A stretch of DNA of 64,000 nucleotides, taken from an uncultured virus (IMG/VR IMGVR_UViG_3300021255_002352). Its lineage: Duplodnaviria; Heunggongvirae; Uroviricota; Caudoviricetes. Numbering within the stretch: the first letter of the stretch is position 1; each line of letters opens with the position of its first letter. Below, one piece after another: positions 9,801 through 19,086 of the stretch. The stretch lies in the IMG/VR virus record IMGVR_UViG_3300021255_002352; one strand, 5' to 3'. The notes under the pieces were generated by a model. It had not been told where the DNA came from. It saw only the letters and a program-made list of their open reading frames with translations, and made no database searches. The position numbers were made by a program, and so were the translations under genes.

Positions 9801-10958
9801 TTTTGCTTCGTCGCAATATGTCTTATACATTTCCCAAGCAGTTTTTAAACTTACTCCATCTTCTTCTTTAAATGTGAAATATGAATCAAGTACAAAGTTA
9901 TAAAAATCGTTAGATGCAACCATCATACGTTTTGGAATATAATCTTCATACTTTTCCGGATCTTGGAGATATACTTCTTTGCAATGAGCTGCAATTCCCC
10001 CTAACTCGAAGTCAATGCCTTTAACGAGTCTACGATACTCACTCAGACTTAATTTATTTCCGCTTGGAACTACATCGATTAATCTTCGAATAATACCAGA
10101 TTTTGCATCAGTTATCTTTACAGGTTTATTCGTGCCCATAAATAAAAACGACTTAAACTTATTCGTATAAGTCGCTTTAAATTTTTCATTGACAGTCATA
10201 TACTCATGAGAAACCAGACTGTTTAATCTTGTATTATCCTCGATTTTTGATAAATCGCCATCATGCTGAATCGCAACTAGAGGATTAGATCTAAATGCTT
10301 CAAGAGCAAACGAATTGTTAGAAGAACCAAGCGCTTTGGCATCAAATACCGCATAATATCCATCAAATAATTTTTGGATAATATTCAATACTGTAGATTT
10401 ACCAGAACCTGGGGCACCATACAAAACTATAAATTTTTGTACATCTTTAGAATCACCAGAAACGATTGATCCAATAGCCCATTCAAGTTTTTCTCGTTCT
10501 TCAGGATCATATAATGTAGACATTATTTTTTCATAATTCGGTATTGGACCAGCTTGTAAAGGGTAATTTAGTCTTTTACTTGCATAGTCCTTTTTATTAA
10601 CTGGATCATTTGAAAATATCAATTTCTCGTCAAGCATATGATAGTTATCTCTCATTTGTTTTTGACAATACTTATGAAAATTATCAATCATGCCAGTCGA
10701 TGCATCCCACATATGAAGAACCCGTACATTGCCATCGAACTTCGATTTGTTCTCTTTAGCATAATTATCAAGTTCTTTATCAATTAGTCTCACTACATCC
10801 TGTTCGTCTTCTGACCAAACGCCAGCTTCTTCATCCCATATAGCATAAAAATCCCGGCCACGAATCATTAGATCAGAGCTTTTTTGTATCTTAAATTTAG
10901 GATAGATCTCTACGGTTCCTTTCGTAACCTTATTAGATATCACTAAGAAATCTATCAT
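6834..10958 (-). CDS. Fused SF3/D5-like helicase, prim-pol and family B DNA polymerase
   Basis: GAPGSGKST; VIDFD and SKSGKGIHLHY (primase); FYDIE, GFNCRRYD, YCDNDV (exonuclease); DVSSMHP, KIVINSVYG, IKTDS (PolB A/B/C). Confidence 0.9.
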   Translation of the reverse strand: MIDFLVISNKVTKGTVEIYPKFKIQKSSDLMIRGRDFYAIWDEEAGVWSEDEQDVVRLIDKELDNYAKENKSKFDGNVRVLHMWDASTGMIDNFHKYCQKQMRDNYHMLDEKLIFSNDPVNKKDYASKRLNYPLQAGPIPNYEKIMSTLYDPEEREKLEWAIGSIVSGDSKDVQKFIVLYGAPGSGKSTVLNIIQKLFDGYYAVFDAKALGSSNNSFALEAFRSNPLVAIQHDGDLSKIEDNTRLNSLVSHEYMTVNEKFKATYTNKFKSFLFMGTNKPVKITDAKSGIIRRLIDVVPSGNKLSLSEYRRLVKGIDFELGGIAAHCKEVYLQDPEKYEDYIPKRMMVASNDFYNFVLDSYFTFKEEDGVSLKTAWEMYKTYCDEAKVSYPLSKRVFKEELRDYFESFDDRYLGDDGKRVRNYYSGFKTSKFESGESDKNKKTKKSEIDSKLIQFKKQPSYFDKICKDCPAQYANTNETPSYSWAKVKSKLKDINTSELHYVKVPENHIVIDFDIPDKDGNKDFKSNLIEASKWPATYAELSKSGKGIHLHYIWTGGDPSKLSRIFDDKIEVKVFTGNSSLRRKLTECNDLPIAELGSGLPLKGDNKVVNFEGINNAKSLKTIIKRCLNKEYDKLPSTKQNIDFIYKVLEDAYTSGLKYDVTDLANDVRVFATNSTHNSEYCLKLVNKMHFCSEEPSENTENDEEKKIFYDIEVFPNLLLVNWKWEGDDKPVVRMINPGMKEIEELCQHKLIGFNCRRYDNHIMYARMMGYDNEAIFELSKKIVNEGRGFFSEAYNLSYTDVYDFCTKKQSLKKWEIELGIHHLELGLPWDQPVPEDLWEKVAEYCDNDVIATEAVFNANQGDWMARQIQVELAKSLHGISNVTVNDTTNTLSAKIIFGNNRAPQSQFNYRDLSKPVSYKEYSQYRERFGDDYVFRIFDEHGLPLYKTYDGKSELPKGYSILPFFPGYEFNIEKIKNEETGTMKFSPVSRYLGDIVGEGGRVYSNPGIWTDIWDGDVSSMHPHSAIYERLFGPVYTKTFEDIVDARVAIKHKDFEKASTMLNGVLTPYLKDEYSKSLAQALKIVINSVYGLTSAKFANTFKDPRNVDNIVAKRGALFMTLLKQQVEKWGYTVAHIKTDSIKIPNATKEIQDFVIRFGKEYGYSFETEAEFSKFCLVNDAVYIAKFKKPEIDKSGKEIWWTATGKQFAVPYVFKKLFSKEPIVFEDLCETFQVTSSLYLDMNEGLPDVSTLEDQAKKLEKDIKKYNGPLMRNMIDQKESLEKRIAEGHNYRYIGKIGLFTPVKPGAGGGVLVRESNLKGQTKYDSASGAKGYRWLESETVKTLGLKNQIDRSFYDAQVDAAIDTISQYGDFEWFAS

Positions 10959-10981
10959 ATAAACTCTCCTTTCTTAATGAT

Positions 10982-11230
10982 TTATTCGGTAGTTTTTTCT
11001 TCTTTTTCTTTTAATTGCTTTATTTCATCTTTTATTTTTTCGATCTTATACCACTGATAAAAGAACATTCCTGCACAGTACATAACCACAAAATTGTGCT
11101 TTTTAACAATTTTTCTAAACATCTTATGTAATTTTTTATCGTTATCAAACAGAATTGCTAACGCATGTAATGTAAATTCATGTGAATTAACATCAATATT
11201 ACTTAAATCAATATTGTTATTTTTTGGCAT
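10982..11230 (-). CDS. Hypothetical protein
   Basis: ORF with AAGGAG RBS. Confidence 0.6.
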   Translation of the reverse strand: MPKNNNIDLSNIDVNSHEFTLHALAILFDNDKKLHKMFRKIVKKHNFVVMYCAGMFFYQWYKIEKIKDEIKQLKEKEEKTTE

Positions 11231-11233
11231 AAT

Positions 11234-11803
11234 CTACTCCTTCTTAAGATTTTCATCTAAATACCACATAAACTGACACCAAATATCAACCTCTCTCATG
11301 TCCCTATGTGGATGCTCCAATGTAAATAAACCGCCCTTACCATTAAATTCATAATTATGCGATAAGAAATTATCGATTACCTTTGTGCAATAATCACGAT
11401 TAAAGTTTCGATCTTCCATACTATTTAGACCTAAACTAACAATCATTGACCAGAACCACTGCCCGGTTCTATTGCCGTATTGGTAATCAGCTGTTATTTC
11501 CTCTTCAACTTTAAAGGAAAGAGCGATCATCATTTCTAAAACACTACAATCTCTTGTATTGAGATACTCATCAATATAAGTATCCGGATAACCGTTTTCA
11601 TAACCAAATCGGTATCTAAAATCGATTCCGTCTATTCTACGGTTATCATCCATTTCTAATTTCGGAATGAATGTTGATGCATGCAAGAAATATAATAGTT
11701 TTCGATAAGAAATTTTATTTCTTCGTTCATTGTTGCAAACCAGATGATACATCCATTCAAAATATTCATTATTAATCTTATCTATTTCAGTCTTATGTAT
11801 CAT
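11234..11803 (-). CDS. Conserved phage hypothetical protein
   Basis: DDNRRIDG..FR, CSVLEMMIAL, GGLF, IWCQF motifs; GGAGG RBS. Confidence 0.7.
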   Translation of the reverse strand: MIHKTEIDKINNEYFEWMYHLVCNNERRNKISYRKLLYFLHASTFIPKLEMDDNRRIDGIDFRYRFGYENGYPDTYIDEYLNTRDCSVLEMMIALSFKVEEEITADYQYGNRTGQWFWSMIVSLGLNSMEDRNFNRDYCTKVIDNFLSHNYEFNGKGGLFTLEHPHRDMREVDIWCQFMWYLDENLKKE

Positions 11804-11819
11804 CGGACCTCCTTACAGA

Positions 11820-12464
11820 TTAATCGTTAAAATCGTAATCTGCTAGTTGAATCTCAAAGTCTGTTGAAATGTCGTCATTTCTAACCCAGCAAATATCGGT
11901 ATGTTGTTCTGATAATTTAGAAAGTTGATTGTAAATATCTTTTCCAATCAGTTCCTCATAGTCGTCAATGACTTCATCATTTTCATTTACGATAATTCCG
12001 TTTGTATAATAGACCAAAGACGCAGTTGTATAATTATCACCATAATCTCCTGATTCAATAAAATATATGTTTGGTTCATTTGAATCGGTTAATGGTTCGA
12101 CAATATTTTCCTTAACATCGTTTATCAAAGTTTGTGCAGCAGATAAAGAAGAGTCTACCTTTTCCTTGATAGACTCTTTAACTTCCTCCGCTTTGTCAGT
12201 AACATACCCTAATTCTTCTGTAAGATTATCGTATGTATCCAACATTTTTTCTTTTAACTGACGATTCTTTTCTGCAATTTCTTTAGACTTTTCAGATGAT
12301 TCTTCAATCATCTTGAGATATTTATCCCTAGCAGGCTTAACTTCATTTTCGTAGAACTCATCTTTATTTTTTTCATTAATTGAGCTCTGAATATAATACG
12401 TAATAGCCGAACCAGTAGCAGCTCCAATTAAGAAACTAATTGCTACTGCAATCTTTTTATTCAT
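11820..12464 (-). CDS. Membrane-anchored conserved phage protein
   Basis: N-terminal FLIGAATGSAITY helix; C-terminal WVRND..DFEI. Confidence 0.7.
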   Translation of the reverse strand: MNKKIAVAISFLIGAATGSAITYYIQSSINEKNKDEFYENEVKPARDKYLKMIEESSEKSKEIAEKNRQLKEKMLDTYDNLTEELGYVTDKAEEVKESIKEKVDSSLSAAQTLINDVKENIVEPLTDSNEPNIYFIESGDYGDNYTTASLVYYTNGIIVNENDEVIDDYEELIGKDIYNQLSKLSEQHTDICWVRNDDISTDFEIQLADYDFND

Positions 12465-12489
12465 TTTTACTCTCCTTTACAAATATCAA

Positions 12490-13440
12490 TTAAACTAATG
12501 GTTCAAGACCTTCGAAATCAAGAAGCATTACGGAATCCATTGAATCTCCATCAGAAATAGCATCGTTAATAGATTTTTTAATTTTATGTCCATTATTTAA
12601 AACATAAACTTGAATATTTAAAATCTGAGGAATTCCGTGTTCATCAAGTCTATCTTTATCGATTCCAGGTCTAAATTTAATGCCAACAACATTACCTCTT
12701 TCAGTATCTGGCCTTAAATCTAATTCACCACAGATCTCATTAAATGAAATCTCGTGTGATCTTCTGGATTTTAAACGTCTATTTAAAGCTTCCTGAGCAG
12801 AATGGACCGTCATAAGATTCATATTAATATTGCGATCCCAGAATTTCGAATCAGAATCAAAGAACCTACTAAAATCAGCTTCTTCCATAATATCTGTTTG
12901 CTGATACTCAATAGTATCCTCTTTTCCGTCTTTTCCTTTAACCTTTTTAGCCTTAATATTAAATCTTGCCTCAGCATCTGCAGCTTCACCGAATTTGTCA
13001 ATAATATTTTGACGATATTTGTTATAGCTCTCAGATAATCCAATATACGCAGCACTTAATCCTGCATTTCGTTTTACCATTAAATTATGGGATCCAATAA
13101 TGCATCCGATAGAACCACCAATTAATAGAATTGATGGCAAATATAATTTAACTAACTTATATCCTGTAGAAAGATATGCCATTGTTACATCTTTTCTGGC
13201 ATCTTTTTCTGTATATTCGGCAACGATTTTTGTTTCTTCATCGATTACCTGTCCAGATTCTTGAGCTGTATGGATCATATCCATCTGTTCATTATGTTCC
13301 TCAAGAACAGCATCAATATTTTTTGTTTCCTTGCATGCAATAATCGTTCCGCCGATTATACCGCCTACACCAACTGTAATTAAAATAGTTGGTGCATGCT
13401 TTTTGATAATTGATAAAGTGTTATCAATAATAGCATTCAT
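12490..13440 (-). CDS. DUF6353-like protein
   Basis: KKHAPTILITVGVGG...KLYLPS...LSAAY; start moved to the ATG after AAAGGA. Confidence 0.65.
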   Translation of the reverse strand: MNAIIDNTLSIIKKHAPTILITVGVGGIIGGTIIACKETKNIDAVLEEHNEQMDMIHTAQESGQVIDEETKIVAEYTEKDARKDVTMAYLSTGYKLVKLYLPSILLIGGSIGCIIGSHNLMVKRNAGLSAAYIGLSESYNKYRQNIIDKFGEAADAEARFNIKAKKVKGKDGKEDTIEYQQTDIMEEADFSRFFDSDSKFWDRNINMNLMTVHSAQEALNRRLKSRRSHEISFNEICGELDLRPDTERGNVVGIKFRPGIDKDRLDEHGIPQILNIQVYVLNNGHKIKKSINDAISDGDSMDSVMLLDFEGLEPLV

Positions 13441-13456
13441 AAAATATAAATCCTTT

Positions 13457-14086
13457 CTAATCAATAGCCATTGGTTTTGGTAGATCCAAATAGAATCCAC
13501 CATCACGAGATCTTCTTATCTGAACATTTTCCAAGCTTGTCCATCCGTAATTGTTGTCAGTATAATTACTATCTCGTCCAGATATCTCTAAATAATCCGC
13601 AACACGTACAACTGAATACATATTTAGAATTTCCATCATCTTATAGAAAACCGCTTCCGCATCCGCTCTAGATTCGAATACGATTTCTGTATAGTCATAC
13701 CCATAAGCTGTTCTAGGCTTTGAATAATATCCATTGCTATTTGCAGGTCTCTGATCGTAATAAGGTCTATAAGACACATTATTTGGTTTATACCCCCCAT
13801 AGGTAGTTCTTCCATGGCTTGCACCAGCTCCACCATAAAGGAACATATCAACTGCATTATTCAAGACAGTCTGAATCATACTTTTAAGTAACGGTACTGC
13901 TACATCTTTTGCTAAGTATTCACCGACTGTCCGGCTATCTTCTGCAATAAACTCTTCTTTAATTTCCTGCCAAATACTTTTCTTTTTGTCTCTTGCTGGC
14001 GCGGATACAACAGAAGCCTGCTTTTCTCTCTTTTCGGCTTCGTTATTTGGCTGATTTAAAGTATCTCTTGTAATAATTTCTGGCAT
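13457..14086 (-). CDS. Conserved phage hypothetical protein
   Basis: FESRADAEAV, VRVADYL, YTDNNYGW, LDLPKP. Confidence 0.7.
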   Translation of the reverse strand: MPEIITRDTLNQPNNEAEKREKQASVVSAPARDKKKSIWQEIKEEFIAEDSRTVGEYLAKDVAVPLLKSMIQTVLNNAVDMFLYGGAGASHGRTTYGGYKPNNVSYRPYYDQRPANSNGYYSKPRTAYGYDYTEIVFESRADAEAVFYKMMEILNMYSVVRVADYLEISGRDSNYTDNNYGWTSLENVQIRRSRDGGFYLDLPKPMAID

Positions 14087-14185
14087 TTTTATCCTTTCAT
14101 TGTTTTGGCTTTACTCTCTTTTCGCAAAATATAAAAGAAAAGACATCATGATGATGTCCTCTCTTTTAACGATAACCGTTCAACC

Positions 14186-14527
14186 TTATTCGGTTGTTTT
14201 TGGTTCTTCTTTAGACTCAGCTTTAGCTGCTTTTTTAGCTGCCTTCTTGGCTTCTCTAGCTGCTTTCCGTTCTTCCTTCTTAGCCTTACGTTCTTCAGAC
14301 TTCTTGTTCCACCATTCAGATACTCCGGTCTTATCTGCAAGTTTCTTAACGCCAGGACTTACAATATCCACAAGTCCCTTGGCCGCTAAGCCAATTACAG
14401 TAATACCAGCTACATCCTTAAGTGTTAACTTAAAGCCTTCAGAGTCGCTAGAAGAAACATCTTCTACAACTTCAGAATCCGTAACAACTTCTTCAGTAAC
14501 TTTAACTTCGTTTAAATCTTTAGCCAT
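14186..14527 (-). CDS. Hypothetical protein in a cassette-like unit
   Basis: GGAGG RBS; array motif upstream at 14564 and a hairpin downstream near 14133-14167. Confidence 0.65.
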   Translation of the reverse strand: MAKDLNEVKVTEEVVTDSEVVEDVSSSDSEGFKLTLKDVAGITVIGLAAKGLVDIVSPGVKKLADKTGVSEWWNKKSEERKAKKEERKAAREAKKAAKKAAKAESKEEPKTTE

Positions 14528-14641
14528 GTAAATTTCCTCCTAATTCTAACGAGTTTTTCGTTTCATAATAGCTCATGAAAAAAACGCGAATATAAACTAC
14601 CACCAGTAATGACGTTCAAACCAATAGTCTGCTTGTTGCAG

Positions 14642-15481
14642 TCAGTAAGCATTTTTGAACCCAGTTGTCGGATATTCTCCATATACAATTGGGAAACAAG
14701 CACATCCATCCCATTTACCGCCATGAACAGTTATAGGATCTCCGATTTCTGCAGTAAAGCCTTCATAAGGAGTGCTTCTGCTCCATCCAGAGCACATATA
14801 CATATCAGCTTGACAATCTGGTAAATTTTCAGTCAGCTTATCATCTAGGATATTCAACCATGTATAAAAACTCATGCTTTCTTCCCATGACTTATTCATC
14901 TCATCATAGCCTTTATTAATCGCGTACTTAACGTCCTCATTCGTTGACAAGAAGTATTGATTAGATACAGTTTCTAAATATAAACTTCTAAACTTCCCAT
15001 CATCTCCAGGAGCGATGATATTAATATTCTGAACCGGAGGATTATCATCAACATGGTCTTGCAGAATTGCATCCTGAATCTTCTGTTCCTTCTTTTCGCC
15101 AATCGTATCAATTACTTTTGCGCGATATTCGTCAAATGCAGACTTTGAAAGTTCATAAGCTGTTGCAAAAGCAGCGCTTCTTCTCAAACTAGTTGACACA
15201 GATCCAATAATGCATAATGTCGAACTAACACCAGTAATAACTGCAGGAGCATATGGCTGCCAAGTTGCCTTTATTGTTTGCACTGGCGTAAGTTCATCAA
15301 CGTTTAATTCTTCTTTTTTCTCCTCAATTCTGTTAATAGCTTCAGGAGTTGCTTTAACCGCAAGAACTGCTGTCGTAACAAATCCTCCAATACCGATACC
15401 AGCTAAAATTTCCGGCGTATGCTGTTTTGCTAATTTGGATAATCTAAAAAACGTGTTTGTAATAAAATCTGTAGTATTCAT
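14642..15481 (-). CDS. DUF6353-like protein (paralog of 12490-13440)
   Basis: KQHTPEILAGIGIGGFVTTAVLAVKATP...YAPAV...ATAY. Confidence 0.7.
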   Translation of the reverse strand: MNTTDFITNTFFRLSKLAKQHTPEILAGIGIGGFVTTAVLAVKATPEAINRIEEKKEELNVDELTPVQTIKATWQPYAPAVITGVSSTLCIIGSVSTSLRRSAAFATAYELSKSAFDEYRAKVIDTIGEKKEQKIQDAILQDHVDDNPPVQNINIIAPGDDGKFRSLYLETVSNQYFLSTNEDVKYAINKGYDEMNKSWEESMSFYTWLNILDDKLTENLPDCQADMYMCSGWSRSTPYEGFTAEIGDPITVHGGKWDGCACFPIVYGEYPTTGFKNAY

Positions 15482-15526
15482 TTCTTTCTCCTTTGCAAAG
15501 AATAAAAGAGCTTTTTATAGCTCTTT

Positions 15527-15745
15527 TTATCGATTTCTGAATTTTGATATAGTCTTTTTAGCCGAATTGACTACATTAGAAACTTGATAAGTAACCCATC
15601 CGAATGCTAGCGTAGATACACCTGCTACTACTGCTTCTTTTAAGCAGGTGACCACCTGGCTAAAATCCTTATCGGTTTTACCAATCTGAGTTTCTTCGTT
15701 TTTCTGTTCGACATCTTCTACATCTTTTACATCTTTAATCTCCAT
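15527..15745 (-). CDS. Cassette gene, small membrane protein
   Basis: Flanked by array motif and hairpin. Confidence 0.65.
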   Translation of the reverse strand: MEIKDVKDVEDVEQKNEETQIGKTDKDFSQVVTCLKEAVVAGVSTLAFGWVTYQVSNVVNSAKKTISKFRNR

Positions 15746-15805
15746 ATCAATAACTCCTTTCTCATAATACCCTTTGAAAAAATGAAGAGCATTTCTTAAT
15801 GCTCT

Positions 15806-15967
15806 CTACTTTCTAAATATGGCTTTAAAACAAAATCCCACAAATACAATACATAATACTATATCCGCTACTATTAGAATTCCTGTAAATCCTCCTGTCA
15901 ATAGGCACATTAATAACGCTAATAATGCGAATAAAATAATAGTTACTATAACTGTTAAAGTGATCAT
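15806..15967 (-). CDS. Cassette gene, 53-aa two-TM protein (absent from the ORF track)
   Basis: MITLTVIVTIILFALLALLMCLLTGG...; GAGGAGG RBS from the repeat. Confidence 0.7.
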   Translation of the reverse strand: MITLTVIVTIILFALLALLMCLLTGGFTGILIVADIVLCIVFVGFCFKAIFRK

Positions 15968-16023
15968 AAGTTCTATTACCTCCTCATTAGAGGATATGAA
16001 ATTTTTGCGAAAATAAAAGAGGT

Positions 16024-16422
16024 TTATAAACCCCTTCTATTAAAGTTAAAAATATCTCTTAGTGTTCCGACAATCCATTTTCCAGCGGAAGATACATACG
16101 AATTTGTCTTTTCAAATTCTGTAATATCTTTGAGCTGATTTCTTAATACCCACGATTTAAACATTAATCCGATTCCGCCAGCAGCAATCGGCGCTCCAAC
16201 GACAAAAATATCTTTTGTAGTGATCTGTTCTTGTTGCTCAATTCTCTTGAGTTCAACTTCCTTTTCACTATCAATTTTCTTATTCTCGTTTAAAACATTC
16301 GCAATTGCTGTAGCTTTAGCGATCAATTTCGTGTAGTCTTCCGAATCTGCATCGCAAGCATAAGCTTTGTCAAGGCAATCATTCATTGTGTCTTCCAAGT
16401 TTTTGATTGTTTTTTCTTCCAT
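16024..16422 (-). CDS. Cassette gene, hypothetical protein with one hydrophobic segment
   Basis: GGAGG RBS in the repeat; stop inside the hairpin. Confidence 0.7.
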   Translation of the reverse strand: MEEKTIKNLEDTMNDCLDKAYACDADSEDYTKLIAKATAIANVLNENKKIDSEKEVELKRIEQQEQITTKDIFVVGAPIAAGGIGLMFKSWVLRNQLKDITEFEKTNSYVSSAGKWIVGTLRDIFNFNRRGL

Positions 16423-16466
16423 AGTTTTTAACCTCCATTAAAGAGAATGGTTTTTTAACGAAAATA

Positions 16467-16649
16467 TCAATGATTTACTTTAATAATGGTTCTATACATT
16501 GCTCCAGTAGTTATAGAACCTAAAATATAACCGACAGTAAGACAACTTATCGCCATTATTCCTAGCGAAACAACCTTACCACTCTCCATTAGTTCAGAAA
16601 TCTCTTCTTTAATATCATTTTTTATTTCATCTTTTTGTTTCTTGAACAT
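16467..16649 (-). CDS. Small membrane protein
   Basis: Hydrophobic C-terminal half; TAATG coupling. Confidence 0.6.
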   Translation of the reverse strand: MFKKQKDEIKNDIKEEISELMESGKVVSLGIMAISCLTVGYILGSITTGAMYRTIIKVNH

Positions 16650-16924
16650 TACTCTCCTTTCTTAACTTGTTTGGTAATATCTTTTAATTTTCTTCTAGGC
16701 CATTTAATTCTTTGACCGCATTTAGAACAAAATGTATCGTTCTTTACATCATAGATTTGGTGTATTTCATTACATTTTGGGCAGATCCAAATATTTGTTA
16801 TGCCTCCATCTATCATTTTTGGAGGAATACCTTTATCTTTTTCATATAATTTTTGGATCTTTTTTATCGAATAGACTTTACCGAATATCCGTATTTCATC
16901 GAATGGATCCCTTCTAGCCATCAA
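16649..16924 (-). CDS. Zn-ribbon protein
   Basis: CPKC...FCSKCGQRIKW. Confidence 0.7.
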   Translation of the reverse strand: MMARRDPFDEIRIFGKVYSIKKIQKLYEKDKGIPPKMIDGGITNIWICPKCNEIHQIYDVKNDTFCSKCGQRIKWPRRKLKDITKQVKKGE

Positions 16925-17097
16925 AATCTCCTATTTATTATCAATTACACGTACTTCAAACATTTTATGGCCTTCATTATCAATATCGTTGATATGAACT
17001 TCGTAGCCATTAGCCAGGAAGATTGCCATCAATCGTCCAGCTTCACTAATATTCCTAATAATAAAAACCGATTCCTCGGCCTTCTTTGTTTGCTTCT

Positions 17098-17367
17098 TCA
17101 TTTTTTACTCTCCTTTTGCTTAGCTTTTCTATAAATAACACCTATAGTTCTCGGACTAATACACACGTTAAAATATTTTTGACACGTATATTTTTTATCA
17201 AAAACATTATTAAATAGCGCCCCAATCTGATTATATGTAAGTTTTTCTTCATCATGAAGCCGAACTATTTCTCTTGCTCTGAGTTCTTTTTGAAAAGCAG
17301 AAGTGTATCTTTTTCCTAAAATTTCATGCTTCCTATCATTAAAAGGTTCTTCACTTACACTAATCAT
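17098..17367 (-). CDS. Putative HTH DNA-binding protein
   Basis: EIVRLHDEEKLTYNQIG...ISPRTIGVIY. Confidence 0.5.
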   Translation of the reverse strand: MISVSEEPFNDRKHEILGKRYTSAFQKELRAREIVRLHDEEKLTYNQIGALFNNVFDKKYTCQKYFNVCISPRTIGVIYRKAKQKESKK

Positions 17368-17369
17368 TT

Positions 17370-17831
17370 TTACTCTCCTTTAAGACTTTTTACAAAATCC
17401 TTTGCGTCATTCGTAATCCAGTACCACTCGTCTGTTTTCTCATCGTATGCTTCGCCAAATATGGTGTGGTACATATAATCCGAGTCATAATATCCGACAC
17501 AGTTTGCGTATATCGGTTCTGATGCTTTATCAAATCCAAGCCTTGGAGTAGGCGACGGTAAATCAGGATTGCATCCCTGGATTTTCATTTCATCCACACA
17601 TTTTGACAAATTACTAAACCAATTCCAGTGATCGGATAATCTAAAGCTTCTTAATGGCTTACTATAATAAGTAACCTGTTTTCTTGTTCCTTTTGGAATC
17701 AAATATAAGGACTTGTCATTGTTACATGACTTCATTACTTCATATTGTTCTCCACTTAATAAAGCAGATAATTCATTAAAAAATACTTTGCATTCATTAA
17801 AAGCTTCTTTTTCAGTCTTTATTAATTCCAT
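17370..17831 (-). CDS. Conserved phage hypothetical protein
   Basis: SLYLIP, KPLRSFRLSDHWNW. Confidence 0.65.
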   Translation of the reverse strand: MELIKTEKEAFNECKVFFNELSALLSGEQYEVMKSCNNDKSLYLIPKGTRKQVTYYSKPLRSFRLSDHWNWFSNLSKCVDEMKIQGCNPDLPSPTPRLGFDKASEPIYANCVGYYDSDYMYHTIFGEAYDEKTDEWYWITNDAKDFVKSLKGE

Positions 17832-17913
17832 TTTTACTCTCCTTTAAATTCCTGTACTTTATTAAAATATCTTTTAAATCAGTCACCTACATGCGAAAGA
17901 AAAGAATAGACGC

Positions 17914-18678
17914 TTAAACACGCCTATTCTTTAACTGTTCTCTAAATAGCACCGTCGATTTGTCTCTTTGGTGATAGTTATACAAAGCCTCAAGATACTG
18001 CATGGCCTGATCTTTTGTAGCTGCCGACGGCAAGATCATTCTTCCATGTTTATCCAGTTTATCAATCATACGTTGAGGATCAATAATATCATTCATGAGA
18101 AGGTCAATCAGGATCTTCTTATAACTTGACATGGTTTTGATGCCAATTGTTTTCAGGCTTTCATTCATAATGACAAGCGACTTTAAGACTTCTCTTGCTT
18201 TAAAGAACTGCTCGTCGTTGATATGAACATAACCTCTTTTAAGATTATCCTGTTTGTGCTTTCCGACGACCACATCGAGAATATCAGACAAACTTACCTT
18301 AGGAAACTCTGTCTGAAGATTCTTCAATCGCTTGTAGCTGCTATTGCCATCTTCGGCATACGCTTTGACATAATCACTTCCAGACCAGCCCTTTTTCATA
18401 GAGTTCTTTTTAGCAACGTCATAGATGGACATGTTCTTGACAACCATGAACTTGACAGGAGTTCCTGACTTTTTAGCAGCCATGAAACGATGCTGGCCAT
18501 CTTCAATCTGAAGTTTACCATCGTCCAAGACAGAAACCTCAATTGGAGCACCCTGCCAACCGTTTTCAAGCATACTATCAGCGATTTTATCGATGTGCTT
18601 GAGGTCAACATCACGATTTGCTGTTCTAAAGACAAATTCGTCATACCTTGAGGTAGTGTAGATAAAGTTTTCTTTCAT
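17914..18678 (-). CDS. ParB N-terminal-like domain protein
   Basis: NRDVD..HI..IADSM..GW..PIEV...IEDGQHRFMAAK. Confidence 0.75.
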   Translation of the reverse strand: MKENFIYTTSRYDEFVFRTANRDVDLKHIDKIADSMLENGWQGAPIEVSVLDDGKLQIEDGQHRFMAAKKSGTPVKFMVVKNMSIYDVAKKNSMKKGWSGSDYVKAYAEDGNSSYKRLKNLQTEFPKVSLSDILDVVVGKHKQDNLKRGYVHINDEQFFKAREVLKSLVIMNESLKTIGIKTMSSYKKILIDLLMNDIIDPQRMIDKLDKHGRMILPSAATKDQAMQYLEALYNYHQRDKSTVLFREQLKNRRV

Positions 18679-18680
18679 GT

Positions 18681-18863
18681 TTACTCTCCTTTTACTTCGT
18701 TAATATCAATTCCTAAATAATCCAAATAGTCGAGAAAATAATTCTCGTTAGTGTATTGTTTGCATTCTCCGCATTTTGTGGTATAAGCATCAACGAACTC
18801 TCCATTTTCGTTATAAACAGCTGAAATATCACCATGACGAATTGCCAAATAATACGTTTTCAT
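18681..18863 (-). CDS. Hypothetical protein
   Basis: ORF ending KGE* in a junction motif. Confidence 0.55.
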   Translation of the reverse strand: MKTYYLAIRHGDISAVYNENGEFVDAYTTKCGECKQYTNENYFLDYLDYLGIDINEVKGE

Positions 18864-18865
18864 AT

Positions 18866-19084
18866 CTATTTAGTTTCCTTTACTTCAACAATCAAATATT
18901 TACGTTTATGCAATTCTTCAATAGGACAAAGAATCATCAAATTATACTTGTCTTTTTCCGGATTAGAAATATCAATATGCATAATTGCATCTACTTTTCG
19001 ATAAGTTATAATCATAGATCCAATAACGCCAACTAATAGCCCTAATACAACAGATGAGAATATGACATACTGTATATAGCTCAT
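18866..19084 (-). CDS. Small membrane protein
   Basis: N-terminal TM helix. Confidence 0.6.
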   Translation of the reverse strand: MSYIQYVIFSSVVLGLLVGVIGSMIITYRKVDAIMHIDISNPEKDKYNLMILCPIEELHKRKYLIVEVKETK

Positions 19085-19086
19085 AT

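Larger units (their letters stand above)
2237..18692 (-). repeat. Eight exact copies of the 12-bp junction motif AAAGGAGAGTAA
   Basis: Plus-strand TTACTCTCCTTT at 2237, 5624, 12467, 16649, 17105, 17370, 17834, 18681. Confidence 0.8.
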
